Origin: Eremomyces bilateralis CBS 781.70
Taxonomy: Eukaryota
DNA length: 64,000 nucleotides
Assembly (NCBI GenBank): GCA_010015585.1
Contig: ML975156.1
Strand: one strand, 5' to 3'
Part shown: positions 51,150 to 63,504 of the stretch, in pieces
How positions within the stretch are numbered: the first letter of the stretch is position 1
Layout of the letters: each line of letters begins with the position of its first letter
The notes under the pieces: generated by a model
What the model was told of the DNA's origin: nothing
Databases searched by the model: none
The model's input: the letters and a program-made list of their open reading frames with translations, nothing else
Position numbers and translations under genes: made by a program

Positions 51150-53979
51150 ATGAGCTCCAAACACCCCTACGACCCCTACCCCCCCATCCCCATCCCCACC
51201 TACGAAGAAGCCACCTCCTCCCGCCCTCCCTCCTCCACCCATCTTGGCCCCTCCGAAATCAGCGCCGATGCCGAACGACAATCCTTCCTCGCCCCCGCCT
51301 CCCGCCGCCGCACCGGATACCACGCCCCTTCCGTCCAATCCGTCCGCTCCAGCACCGACACCGCAGACTACCTCCCCGATCCCGACCCCAACTCCGACAC
51401 CGACACCGACACCGACGATGGCGACGGCGACCGCCTCCGCCGCGACATGGAGGAGCTTGAGGTGCTCGACCCCGACGCGGACGAGGCGGACGGCGCGCGC
51501 CGCCGCCGCCGCGCGCGGACGCGCTTCTCGAAACGGCTGGCGAGCTTCACGTCGCGATTTTCGGGGTGGCGGATGCGGCGACCGACGTGGGCGCAGGGGC
51601 TACGGTGGCCTTCAGGGGGGTGGAGCATACCGCAGGATTACCGGCCGCGGGGGATCATCTTAGCGCGGCTGGCGGGGCTGTTCGTGTTAATGGCGCTGGT
51701 GTATTCGTTGTTCGTGCTGCAGATGGTGCCGGGGAATGGGGGGGTGATGTTTAGTCCGGAGAGCGTGCGGGCGTATGCGCAGGGGCGAGTGGAAGAGGGG
51801 CGGATCCGGGAGTATGCAAGGCATCTAAGTGGGTTTGACCATGTGGCAGGGTCGAAGGGGGATGCATATATGGCGCGGTGGGTGGAGGGGTTGTTTCGGG
51901 AGGCGGGGTTGCAGGAGGTGGAGACGGAGAGGTGAGTACGGAGTTGGGTGGAGAGGGACGACGCTGACAGGAGCAGATTCAATGTCTATCTAAACTACCC
52001 TAAGAAAGGTGGGAGACGAGTCGCGATCGTCGATCCGCCGGAGCTGGCTTGGGAGGCAAAACTGGAAGAGGATGAGGTATACCCGAACGCCATCACCCCC
52101 GTGCAGCAGGTCCCCGCCTTCCACGGCCACTCACGCGCCGGCGACGTTTCCGGCCCCTTAATCTACGTCAACTACGGCTCGCGAAAGGACTACAAGCGTC
52201 TCGCCGACAGCGGCATCGATATGAACGGCTCGATCGCACTAGTTAGATACTACGGCACCCAAGGTGATCGAGCACTCAAAGTTAAAGCGGCGGAAGAGTG
52301 GGGCTTCAAAGGCGTCCTCATCTACTCCGACCCCGAAGAAGATGGCTTCGTCAAGGGAGACGTCTGGCCCGAGGGTCGCTGGCGACCTGCTGACAGCGTC
52401 CAGCGCGGAGCCGTCAGCCTGATGAGTTGGGTTGTCGGTGACGTGCTGACACCTGGCTGGGCGAGCGTGGACGGCGCGAAACGGGTGAGCAAGGATAACA
52501 ATCCGGGCTTGGTCAACATCCCGAGTCTTCCGTTGGCGTGGAGGGATGCGCAGAGATTGCTGCAGGTGCTGAAAGGACATGGGCAGCAGTTGCCGGAGGA
52601 GTGGATTGGTGGGGTGCCGGATGTGGAGGAGTGGTGGTCAGGCGATAAGACGTCGCCGGTCGTGCAGTTGAAAAACGAGCAGGACGAAGTCGATGAGCAG
52701 CCGATTTTTAACGTGTTGGGAGAGTTTCCGGGCATCGAGACGACGGCGAAGAAGGTGATTGTTGGGAATCATCGAGATGCATGGTGTTTCGGCGCCGCTG
52801 ACCCTGGAAGGTACGTTAATTTGCACGACGCTGGAAAAATGGCTGCTGATGTGACACAGTGGGACGGCAGTAATGCTGGAAGTGATCAGGATCTTCGGAG
52901 ACCTATGGGCCGAAGGCTGGCGACCGCTCCGAACCATCCAGTTCGCTTCCTGGGACGGCGAGGAATACAATCTCATCGGCTCGACCGAACATGTGGAAAA
53001 CCGCATCGATGATCTCCGGAAAGACGCCATCGCGTACCTGAATGTCGACGTCGGCGTCACCGGCAGCAAGTTCTGGGCCGCTGCCTCGCCTCTCTTTCAA
53101 GATATCGTTCTCCGAGCCATCGGCCGCGTCGAAGATCCCGGAACCAACAGTACATCCACCGTCCGCGAACAGTGGGAAACCGACGGCGGCAAACTGCGAG
53201 GCCTCGGCGCGGGGAGCGACTATGTCGCGTTCCAAGACCTCGCCGGCTGCTCGAGCATCGACTTTGGCTTCGAAGGCCCAGGCTTCCCATACCACAGCTG
53301 CTATGAAACCTTTGAATGGATGGAGCAATATGGCGACCCAGGCTTCCAATACCACAAGTCCCTCGCGCAGATCTGGGCCCTCATGATCCTCGAGCTGACC
53401 CAGGAGAACATCATCCCGTTCGACCTCACCACATACGCGTCCGCAGTTGCGGAGTACATTGAGGCGCTGGAAACGTACGCAAACGAGAAAGGAGCGCCGT
53501 GGTCGCCGGACAAGGATGGCGTGAAGTTCGACGTGGAGCCGCTGGCGACGGCGGCGGACGGGTTCACGCAGAATGCGAACTCGTTCCATGCGTGGGAGCA
53601 GACGTGGCGGGACGAGGTCTTCGGCCGCGGCGGATTCGAAGCGAACATGGTGATGGCGCATCGGATCGCGCACAATGAGAAGATGAGCGACTTCGAGACG
53701 AACCTGCTAGACCTACCGACGGGTCCGGAGGATACGGAGCAGCATGGGGTAAGTTTTGCGCGACACTGACAGTACCGGTGATTAACCCCGTCTCAGGTTC
53801 CCGGTCGCGAGCAATTCAAGCATATCATCTTTGGACCCCAGCTCTGGTCCGGCTACGACGAAGCGTATTTCCCGGCGATCCGCGATGCGGTGGATGCGGG
53901 CGACTGGGCGCTGGCTCAGAAGCAGCTGGAAAAGGCGGCGAGGATCCTGCGGAATGCGAGCGAGCGGCTGCTGGTATAG
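51150..53979 (+). CDS. Glutamate carboxypeptidase II/transferrin-receptor-like M28 peptidase (Tre1/Tre2/Vps70 family)
   Basis: N-terminal TM, PA domain (YVNYG, GVLIYSDP, VQRG), GNHRDAW, GAADP, SWDGEE, YLNVD, GSDY, YHS and FKHIIFGPQ. Three introns. Confidence 0.92.
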
Positions 53980-54634
53980 ATTCATAGGCCTCATTTGTAC
54001 ATTACTCCATCCGCCGTTTTGGAGGGACGACTTCACTTGCTGCCCGGTGCATAGCGATCTTTGGTTGGGATAGGGATATCACATTGTTGGGGATGGCGAC
54101 TTCTGATCAAGTCCCCGTGTATAAGTTTTCCCCTGCTGCTGTTTAGTCACCCTTGGATACCAGTCATATCAGGCCCTTCTCTTTTCGAAAACTCCGGATC
54201 GACGTAAGCAAAGCCGAGATTCAAGATGTTCGGTCATCGAGTCGCATTGTTGTATGATCACGTGCCTATCTGATATACCACGCTAAGTCTAATCAGGGCT
54301 AGCGTGTTACGGTTCGGCCCGTTTCGCGAAGTGTGCCGATTGGTTGACGGGAGTGGCTGCCATTCTCGCGCCGATCCCCAGCCTCCGATCTTCGCCATTC
54401 GATATTTCCCCCCAACCACCGGCATACCACACAATAACTAACCACCAAATATTCATCTCGCCATGGCTTGTGCTACATATTCCTTTCCTCGCGGGTGTTC
54501 CACTCTTCCTCTGCACATCACCGACCTCAGTGGAGATTTCTCACTTCAACGATCCTGCAAACAACCGCCCTGAACTACAGACCAGTACACAGACATCACG
54601 AACTATCTTCCACGCCGCTACAATAACAGCAACC

Positions 54635-55285
54635 ATGCATTCAACGCAATTCTTCGTCCTCTCGGGCTTCGTCTGCTCAACCTGCCTCGCCTCTCCCTTA
54701 CGTCTCCCTAACAACCTCCGACGGAACGCTGAGCCCGCGAAGTACTCCGTCGTCAACGTCGACGGCGGATCAGCACCCTCCTCAACACCCGACGTCGTCT
54801 ACCAAACAATCACGCAAACCGTATCAGATGCCGATGAGCCGACCGCGACAGTCGTCTCGACAATAATGCAAACCGTCGCCGACCCAGCCGTCTCCTCGTC
54901 CTCGAAATCGTACTATGATAGCGGGATGTGGCAGACGAACTACGAGGTGAAGAACTGGGGCACATCGAGCCTGCCGACGCCAGCTGCATCGCTACCGGAT
55001 TCATCATCGCCGGGTCCGTCGTCACCGGTTTCATCAACATCGAGTTCGTCGGCAACCCCATCAGCGACCCCCACACCCGCGTTGGACGACGAGCACTGGA
55101 GACAGGCGTCGACATTCACAACGATCGTCGAGATCCCCACCTCTACGTCCTCCTTACCACCGTTACCGGTATTGGAAACCCCAGTACCCCAGTGGAAGAA
55201 TACCACGCAGATCCCACACAAGCGGGAGGAGGAGTCGAGAAGGACTGTTGAGATCGTCAGTTTCGAGGGTATCGAGGAGTCATGA
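54635..55285 (+). CDS. Putative secreted Ser/Thr/Pro-rich protein
   Basis: Signal-like MHSTQFFVLSGFVCSTCLASP, dibasic RR, YSVVNVDGG, YYDSGMWQTNY and S/T/P-rich stretches. Confidence 0.65.
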   Translation: MHSTQFFVLSGFVCSTCLASPLRLPNNLRRNAEPAKYSVVNVDGGSAPSSTPDVVYQTITQTVSDADEPTATVVSTIMQTVADPAVSSSSKSYYDSGMWQTNYEVKNWGTSSLPTPAASLPDSSSPGPSSPVSSTSSSSATPSATPTPALDDEHWRQASTFTTIVEIPTSTSSLPPLPVLETPVPQWKNTTQIPHKREEESRRTVEIVSFEGIEES

Positions 55286-55666
55286 AGGAGGGATGACGAG
55301 GGACAGAGGTAGAAACATTGATCTCTGGGTTGATACGTGTTTCTGTTATGCGCTATGCTGGATGGTTGCATGTATACGGTACTATTGTCTTGAACTGGAT
55401 AACGGGTTATGGGAAACGGTCACCGGCAGTCATTGAACAATCGAAAGACACGGCATCATGGGGGCGTTTAGAATAGATACTGGCAATATGGTGGACTTGA
55501 CTTTTCAAGACTTTTGTATCAACTATGTAGATCGATTCTTAGTGAATGTCACATTCACCTTCGCTGCCTTCATCTTATGACGTGCATAGACTACACAATT
55601 CAAGGACGCCAACGTGACGAATTGAAGCCATCGATTTTCACCAACATCATCCATAATCCACCTCCT

Positions 55667-56512
55667 CTACCTCCCCGCCAACCTCGCCTCCACAATCCTC
55701 CCCACCATTTTCTCCAACACCGCTGCCTCCCCCCCAACCCCCACACCCTCAAAATACGCCCCCACGCTCTTCTCAACATACTTCCCCACCATATCCACCT
55801 CCACATTGACCCCCTCCCCCACCCCCTTCTTTCCCATCACCACCTTCTCCTGCGTATACGCGATCAACATCACCTCCCACCACCCCTCTAACCCATCCTC
55901 CACCTTGGTCACCGTCAAGCTCGCCCCATCCAGCGTGATGAACCCTTTCTCCACGATGTAGCGCAGCACCGAGGGGTCGCGCGGCTGGAGGCGGAAGGTC
56001 AGCGCGTTGCCGTCAGGCGTCACGGAGAGGATCGTGGCGACCGTGTCGACGTGCCCTTGGACGAAGTGCCCGCCCATCCGCGTGTGCGCGGAGACAGCGC
56101 GCTCGAGGTTGACGCCGGAGTTAGCTTTTAGATCGCCGAGGTTGGTGCGGCGGAGGGTCTCGGGGGCGACGCCGACCTTGAAGCTAGACTTGTCGAATTC
56201 CGTGACGGTGAGGCATGTGCCTGGAGGGTTGGTTTAGTCAGCGCCTACCTTTGTTTTTCTTGCCGTGATTCAATTGGATGAACGTAGACGGAGGGTACAA
56301 ACCGTTGATGGAGATGCTGTCGCCGAGATGGCAGTCGCCTAGGATCTCCTCGGCATTGGAGATAGTCAGCGAGGTGCCGCTGCCGCCGCTGGAGGTTTTG
56401 TCCAGCTCCTCGAGCTTGGACACGGCTTTGGAGGTCAGCAAAACCGTGGCGACTGGACAAGCCTTTGGAGAGAGGACTTACTCCCGACGACTTCTACGAT
56501 TCCCGTAAACAT
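55667..56512 (-). CDS. RIB5: Riboflavin synthase
   Basis: MFTGIVE, LGDSISING, CLTV, ETLRRTNLG, VNLER, GGHFVQGHVD, KGFITLDGASLT and VNVEVD. Confidence 0.96.
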
Positions 56513-57149
56513 CTTCAAAGAGTCAATCGCGGATGGGAAGGTTTCCTGGTTCGTCCCGAAGGTTACCGGATATTCCAAGCTCTTGATAGGATCCACGTCC
56601 TGTCTGAGAAATACGTACGATTGATGCAAGCCGTTATACACAAATATTACATTCAATCGTCAAACACTTCTTCTTTCCCTTTCGGTGGCGTGTAAGGGTT
56701 AACCTGTGGTGAATATGCGTCGTAACTTCGGGAGTCATCACGCGGAATCCCAAGGAATGAATCCCACAACGGCTACCCGGTATACCGATATTTCCTAAAG
56801 CGGTTTAGCGCTTGACCTCCGTAACTGCCCCGTACCGACCCGCTACCATATAACAAAATGGAGGCTCTCCTATCGGCTAGGGAGAGCCGAGAGGTTACGA
56901 AGCCATCAGCAGGTATGGACTCTCTAGCTCTCCCAAATTTATATCTCATCTTATCACAGGGCCGCAGTATCGAAGCACCACAATCCAATCCGGACGAAAG
57001 TCTTCAAAGCTTGATTTTCCATCCCTCATGTCCTTTGAATAGTCGCTCCAAATACAAGGGCCGCCAGATAACATTACAACTGAATCCTGATGGGGCTAAA
57101 TTACGAACATTATCGCCTACTGCATTCTATTCCACGCAGCCCATGCGGA

Positions 57150-60100
57150 CTACTCCGGCGGGTTCGTCACAACACCTTCGAACTCCCGGCCCGAGATGTA
57201 ATCCAGCGTCCGCTGGAAATGCTTCTTCGGGTTCTCCAGCGCGGCTGTCTGCTCGTTCGAGTTGAGGTTGGAGTGGATCAGCTCGATGAGGCCGTTGACG
57301 TATTTGGTGGTGACCTAAACGGTAAAAGTAATCCTGTTAGCATCTGGACTATGAAACTGTGGACAGAGGGAAGAGAAGTGGCGATTACGTACCATCTCGT
57401 TCTCCTGGTCAAAGTAATACACATATCGATTCAGGATCTCGACGAACAACTCGACAGACACCGCAGCATCCATGCACGCGTCCGCAACACGCAGCGCTCG
57501 TTGTAAACATTCCAGGACCCGTCGCCCATCTCGGAAAAGCTGCACAAAATATTAGCCGACCGACACCAAAGGCGTTCACCCTACTAGAAGGGATACTCAC
57601 ATCCTTCGGATCCTCCTCCCCTCTCGCCCTCACCTCCGTCGCCCACCACAAATGACTCGCCAAATACACCGCCCGACACTGATCCGGCTTCTTCAGCAGC
57701 TTGCTCCCATGCAACGCCGCCTTCGTGATGAGGTTATCGTAGTTCTCGCGGCCGAAGTTCCGCGTCGGGTGCAGCGCCCCGGCGATCACGCAGATCGCCT
57801 GGAACTGCGCCCGGCTGTCGCTCACCGCCTCCTCGTAGATCGTGAACGCCTGCACGAAGAACTCGTAGGCCGGCTCCTCGAAGCCGGCTTGGTCGGCAAC
57901 TTGGCCAGCCGCGACGAAGAGGCGGAGGGAGAGGTCGTGGCTGGCGGTCACCCGGGTGTAAACGGCGGTGATCAGGGAGTGGATGAATTTGTACAGCGCG
58001 GTAGATTGCGTGGACCAGTTGTCGTCGAAATGTTCGCGGGTTTTGAACGCGCGAGCGAGTTTCAACGACACGGTGATGAGTGCGGGGGTGGTGTATTTGA
58101 TCCGCTCGTTGCCTTCCGCGAACGCCTTTTTCGCGGTTTGCAGGAGCGCGAATTGCGTGTCGTTGGTCTCGCCTTCGATTAAATGGACAAGCCGTGCTAG
58201 CATACCCTGTTCCTCTATCGTTTCGTCGGTCTCGATGCCCTTGCGTTGCAGTGGACCACCGGCGTATGCCGCACCCTGCTGCGTGCCTTCTTTGATGAGT
58301 ACCTGGAGGATCGCGAGGATGCTTTCCAGGTGTTCGACCGTGGTGATCTTCGTTTGGGTTTTGAGGAGAGTCTTGGCAATTTCGGCTGCTATGGAGCGGC
58401 GGGTAGGGTACGGTTGAGCCTGGAGGAGGGGAATGAAGTGTGGGAGGGCGAGTGCGGTGAATAGAGAAGCATATGACGTGACAGGCGCGAGGATGAGAGA
58501 GAGAACATTGGTTTGGGTGGCTTGTGAGTGGAGGTCGGCGGAATTGGTGAATTGGGAGACTTTTTCGATGGCGTAGGAGAAGACTTGGTCGACGTAGTCG
58601 AGGCGGTCGGGATAGACGGTTCTAGGACAATGTCAGCGCTGCCACATATACCCTTGAAGAAGGGACTTACAGGGCTAACCGAGCAAGAGATGCCAGTAAC
58701 GCAATCGTGTCCTGTATTGACAGTCTCTGTATCCGAACCAAGCTGGACACCTGCTCTTGAAAGATCTCAAACAGTTTGATGCTGTCCGGAATCCCTCGAC
58801 TCTTCTTTCCTTCCGCTTCGCCCTCATCAACTGCAGTCGGTGTCTCAGAATCCACTGTGATCTCCGAGGATGCTTCTTCAACCGGTGAGGTCGCTTCCGA
58901 GGGGTCGCCATTCTGCTGTTTTGACTCCGGCTTCTCTTTCGATAGCTTGAAATCCTCCAGCAACTTCACCGCCGCCTCCGTCTCTTTCCGCAGCCGCTCT
59001 TCAGGCGTCTCCGTCTCGGATTCTCGCGCAGCGTATGCGGATAATCGATCCATCAGCCCGATCACAATGGCCTTGACATTGACATGTGGGTTCAACCGCG
59101 CGGTTGCGGATAAAAACTGATCCAGGGTGTGCAGATGGAATTCATCGGGAAAGACCTGGGTGACAACTAAATCATGACTATTAGCATACGAACGTCCAAC
59201 CCACTTCCAGCTGCATAACTCACCTTCAGATAGATACTCCTGCGCCACAACATCCCGACACTGCACTACCTGCTCCAACAACGGCGCCAAAATCTTCTTA
59301 TAATTCCCCAGATCCACCAACTGACTCAACCTCACCAAATTACTCCCCACCAACAACTGCAGCTCCTGCCGCTCCTTCATCCGCTGCTCCCGTTCCCGCG
59401 AATGCCCCTGATGCTGCCACCGCACCCACAGCTTATTCATCTCCACAAAGTTCGTGAGCACGAAGCTGATGCTATCCTGCAGGTTCCCTTCGGGCCCGTC
59501 ACCCTGGCCGGCAGGGAGCTGGTCGCGCGCCTGCCCGCTGAGGTAGTAGCGGAGGAAGAGGCCGCGGATCGGGTGCTGCACGCCGCGGGACATCTCCATC
59601 ATATCTTTCATGATCTCCTTGACGGGGGCATCCGGGATGGACATGTAGACGGTGCCGACGGTGATCATGAGGTAGAGGCGAGGAATGATGTTGCCCGCGT
59701 ATTGGACGAGCTCGTAGAGGTCGGCGAGGTGGTTGGTAGGGTGGCTATCGCGGAGATAGACGGAGAGGTGACGGAGGGCGTCGAAGATAGCCATGTAGAG
59801 TTCGTAGTATTGTTTGGGGCCGAGCGTGCTGGTGCGGAGTTCGGAGACGAGGGTGGAGCTGAAGGGACAGAGGTTAGTAAGTGATACCACCAGTGGTTAG
59901 AACGTCAATATCAGGAGCAAAGCCAGCCTGGTGAACAACGCCAAACATGAGTGACGTCCAGCAACTTCAACAGGACACCCAAGCTATCCCCCTCCGCCAT
60001 GCTTGCCGTATATTCCCAAGCACCCCTCTCCAAAAGAAATCCACCACCTACCTGCATTTCAACGCATCCATCAACTTCCCTGGTGTCTCCAAGCACTTCC

Positions 60101-60188
60101 GCATCAACACCGTCTGCTGCCGAACCACCGCTAGCGCATCCTCCAGCAACCGCGCCTGGTCCTCGACGGTCGGCGGCGAGGCGGCCAT
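57150..60188 (-). CDS. VPS35: Retromer subunit Vps35
   Basis: [65 protein letters not shown] and [10 protein letters not shown]. Last exon ends VVTNPPE*. Confidence 0.97.
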
Positions 60189-60735
60189 GGTTGGGTGGGG
60201 GGTCGCGAATGTGTGGACGGTGTGTGGATTGGGCCCGGAAGAGAGGAATGGGTGGGACGGGGACCGATTGGAATAGGATATTGGAGGATGTTGGGGTCTG
60301 GGGAGGATGGATTTGGAGCTTTGGGGTGAGCTTGGGGAGGGAGGGAGGAAGTTGGGTGGTGGCTTGGCGGTAATGACGCACGTGACTGGGATGACGATTT
60401 CAACTCCTGATTTGATGATTGTGAATGTTCGTACTGTGGAGGTTGTCAAATCCATAGCAAGGTTATGTGACTATAATATCAGGTATTTGAAGAGTAATAA
60501 ACAGATAGACTTCCGATAAATCCTAGTTTTGTCTAACAAATGCTACCCCCAAAGCACCACAGACAATCACCATATTGGTATATAATATGGGGGTCTGGGT
60601 GCATTCAAACACCAAAGTCATACACATAAATTATTGCCAGTACCGAAACAATGTCCTCTTCAACGGAATGAGCAACACTCTAATACACCACCAAACCCAT
60701 TACGTCTCCTCCACTCCTTCCCCCCTATCGCATGG

Positions 60736-63504
60736 TCATGACTTCTCATCCCCATCCTTCGCCGCATCCTTCACCGTCCCCACCACCACCATTCCCCCCG
60801 TCCCCGCATTCCCCCCTTCCAAAATCGTAACCTTCTCCCGCTCCGTCTCCACCTCCGTCAACCCCGTCTGCGTACTCTGATCCATCACCTCCTCCTTCAC
60901 CTCCTCCACCTCCTCCGCATCTTTCGTCTCCTTGCCCCTCCCGTTCACAATCTCCTTCTCCACCCATCCCTCCCCATCAATCTCAAACAACGTCACCGTC
61001 GGCGTGAAATCAAAAGTCACCGTCTTCGCCGCCACCGCCCCGTCCGCCGCAGGACTCACCCCCGGCCGTCTCCGCTGCGGTCCCCTCGCCCTCCCCTTCC
61101 TCGCGTCCACCAACGGCGCCTTCTCCGCCTCCGGCTCCGGTGTCACCGTGGACTCTTCCGGAGGGGACTTCTTCGGCCCCTGCGGTCCTAGCTGCAGCCG
61201 ACTGTTCAAATCACTCATGAACCCGGCTTTGAGCGCTGCGAGCTTGCTCCCCACGCCGCGCGGCGGAACAACCGGCTTGGCGCGCTCGGCGCTCGGCGTC
61301 TTCTCGAGTGACGAGCCGACCGGAGCGCCTTCCGAGCTTGGGGTGCTGGGTTTGCGAGCAGGGCGCGCGGGGATGCTGGGTTTTGCGCGCTCAGGGACGG
61401 AGGGTGGTTTCTTGTCGGCCGCGGGAGGGGCGGTGTCGGCGGGTGTGGCGTCCGGGGAAGGGGAAGGGCGCACTTCGGCCACGAGTTGGGTGTAGTCGGG
61501 GGAGTCTTCCCAGATGTCTTGACTGGGGAAGCGTTGGGCAGCGGTCGGGCGGGTTTCGGATGCGACAGAGGGATGGAAGGCAGGTTTGGGGGTGGCGCCG
61601 AGGCGGGCGAGGTGGTCGGGGAGGAAGGATTGGGAGAGGGCGGAGTGGCGGGCGTGTTCGGACGCGGGGGTCTCGAAGGCCGGGTATTTGTGGTGGGCGT
61701 CTGCATCCCCGTGTGCCGGTTGCAGCGATGGCTCCGGCGTCTCGACTGCCGTCGTGTACATCAGCGACGACGGCGCGTCTTCCCACACGTCCTGGCTCGG
61801 GAATTGATGCCGCGCGAAGGACGACCGCTTCGGTTTGCCGGCCAGCGTCGCGTTATGGTGCTCCTTCGCCTTGCGCGTGTCCTCGTCGTCCTCCGGGAAC
61901 AGCGACTCGTATTCGTACACATCTTCTAGCATCGTGCGGCCGGCGACCGGTGACTCCCGGCCCTCATCGTGTGACGAGGCCCGCGAGAGCGCCAGTTGTA
62001 TGCTATTCGTCCGGCTGTGTGCCCGGCTGTGTGCCCGGCTGTGCGAGCGCGACCCTGCATTCTGCCGCGCCTCGTCCATCTCCAGGGCCAGTCGGTCCGG
62101 GTCAGGCGTGACGGCCGGCTGCAGGAACTCGCCGGAGGGGTTCTTCATGACCTCGTCGCCGGCGAGGATCGGGTGGATATCATCGTCGCCGGTGACGCTT
62201 TCGGGGCGGATACCGATGGCGTCGGGCGACGGCTCATACGCGGTGCCGCACATGTAGCTGCCACGCCGGGAGTCGCGGACGTGGATGACATCCTCGTCGT
62301 GGTCTTCGTGATCGGAGTCGATGGCGTGGTCGTGCTTGAGGCGGGAGACGGGGTCGGTATCGCTGGCGGGAAAGCTCATTTGGTGGAGGGGGGACTCGAC
62401 GTGCACGTCTTGGCCGCTGCTGGAGCGGGGTTTGCCGCCTGCTGAGGGAGGGCGGGGGGACGCGATGCGGGACGCATACTCCTCGGCGGCGCGGTTTCCG
62501 ATTTCTTCGTCGGGGGTGCCGACGGGCCCGGAACCTGAATGAGCATCGGTTAGAAAAGTTGGGTAGGAGTAACCGTAAGACTCACCACTTCCGACCGCCC
62601 GCTTCGCGCTCCCATAGACCAATTCATTCAACTCCGTACTACTCAAATGCCAATCCTTCCGATCCGCCGAAATGGCCGGTCCGTATTCTCCCTCCGTCTC
62701 CCTCGCCAACTCCTCCGGATGCTTCTGATACCACTGCTTCTCAATCTTGGTTATCTTCGGCCCAAAGCCGTGTCCATGCATCCCATAACTGCCCGGCGGT
62801 CCAGTAAACGGATCCGGAGCGGCGGTCTTGCGCGACAACTGCGGCAAACTCGTCGCCGAGTGATTTGATGGGCCTAGAGTCGGGGTAGGTGCTTGTACGT
62901 CGCCAGCATTCTTGTACAGCGGGATTTGAACACCAATTTCGGGAATGCCTTCTTCCGCGTCGTCTTTGTAGATCGACGCCGGGCGACTGCTCTGGCTATG
63001 GGACGACGTGGTCCGCGCCAAAGAAGGTCGTTCAGGAACGGACGGGCGTTCGTCGATGTCACCGACCGCCTTGCCGATGCCCGCCGCCGCCGCTTGTTGG
63101 GAGTCTGTGCGCGTGACGTTCTGGATGCGCGACTTCGCGGTGGACGACGCGAACGACGCTTTCGGGGCGTGAAGCGGGAGGTCCTCGGCGATGTTTTTCG
63201 TCTGCTCGCCGGGCGGCGTCCCGAAGGACATGTTGTCGTACTCTTCGCCTTCGTGGCCGATGGTCGGCAGGTTCACGCTTGGGGGGCGTTGGGGGAATTC
63301 TTGAGAACTCTGTTTTGAGAGGGAGAGTCCGTTTTTGTTGTGGAACGTCGGGTCGTTGAGGGGAGAGCGCGTGTAGGAGCGCTCCTCAGCGACTTCCGTC
63401 GTGCGTTTCGGACGAGCCGGAATGCAAGGGGCGTCGTTGTTGGTGGAATTGCCGGAGGATTGGCCATTTCGAGATGGACGAGGGGGGATGGTAGGAACCG
63501 TCAT
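60736..63504 (-). CDS. AIM21: Aim21-like Pro-rich actin-associated protein
   Basis: PTIPPRP, LPLHAPK, IPEIGVQIPLYKNAGDVQAP, FPSQDVWED/FPSQDIWED, KLAALKAGFMSDLNSRL and the motif LVDARKGRARGPQRR. Probable 51-nt intron 62535-62585. Confidence 0.75.
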   Translation of the reverse strand: MTVPTIPPRPSRNGQSSGNSTNNDAPCIPARPKRTTEVAEERSYTRSPLNDPTFHNKNGLSLSKQSSQEFPQRPPSVNLPTIGHEGEEYDNMSFGTPPGEQTKNIAEDLPLHAPKASFASSTAKSRIQNVTRTDSQQAAAAGIGKAVGDIDERPSVPERPSLARTTSSHSQSSRPASIYKDDAEEGIPEIGVQIPLYKNAGDVQAPTPTLGPSNHSATSLPQLSRKTAAPDPFTGPPGSYGMHGHGFGPKITKIEKQWYQKHPEELARETEGEYGPAISADRKDWHLSSTELNELVYGSAKRAVGSGESYGYSYPTFLTDAHSGSGPVGTPDEEIGNRAAEEYASRIASPRPPSAGGKPRSSSGQDVHVESPLHQMSFPASDTDPVSRLKHDHAIDSDHEDHDEDVIHVRDSRRGSYMCGTAYEPSPDAIGIRPESVTGDDDIHPILAGDEVMKNPSGEFLQPAVTPDPDRLALEMDEARQNAGSRSHSRAHSRAHSRTNSIQLALSRASSHDEGRESPVAGRTMLEDVYEYESLFPEDDEDTRKAKEHHNATLAGKPKRSSFARHQFPSQDVWEDAPSSLMYTTAVETPEPSLQPAHGDADAHHKYPAFETPASEHARHSALSQSFLPDHLARLGATPKPAFHPSVASETRPTAAQRFPSQDIWEDSPDYTQLVAEVRPSPSPDATPADTAPPAADKKPPSVPERAKPSIPARPARKPSTPSSEGAPVGSSLEKTPSAERAKPVVPPRGVGSKLAALKAGFMSDLNSRLQLGPQGPKKSPPEESTVTPEPEAEKAPLVDARKGRARGPQRRRPGVSPAADGAVAAKTVTFDFTPTVTLFEIDGEGWVEKEIVNGRGKETKDAEEVEEVKEEVMDQSTQTGLTEVETEREKVTILEGGNAGTGGMVVVGTVKDAAKDGDEKS

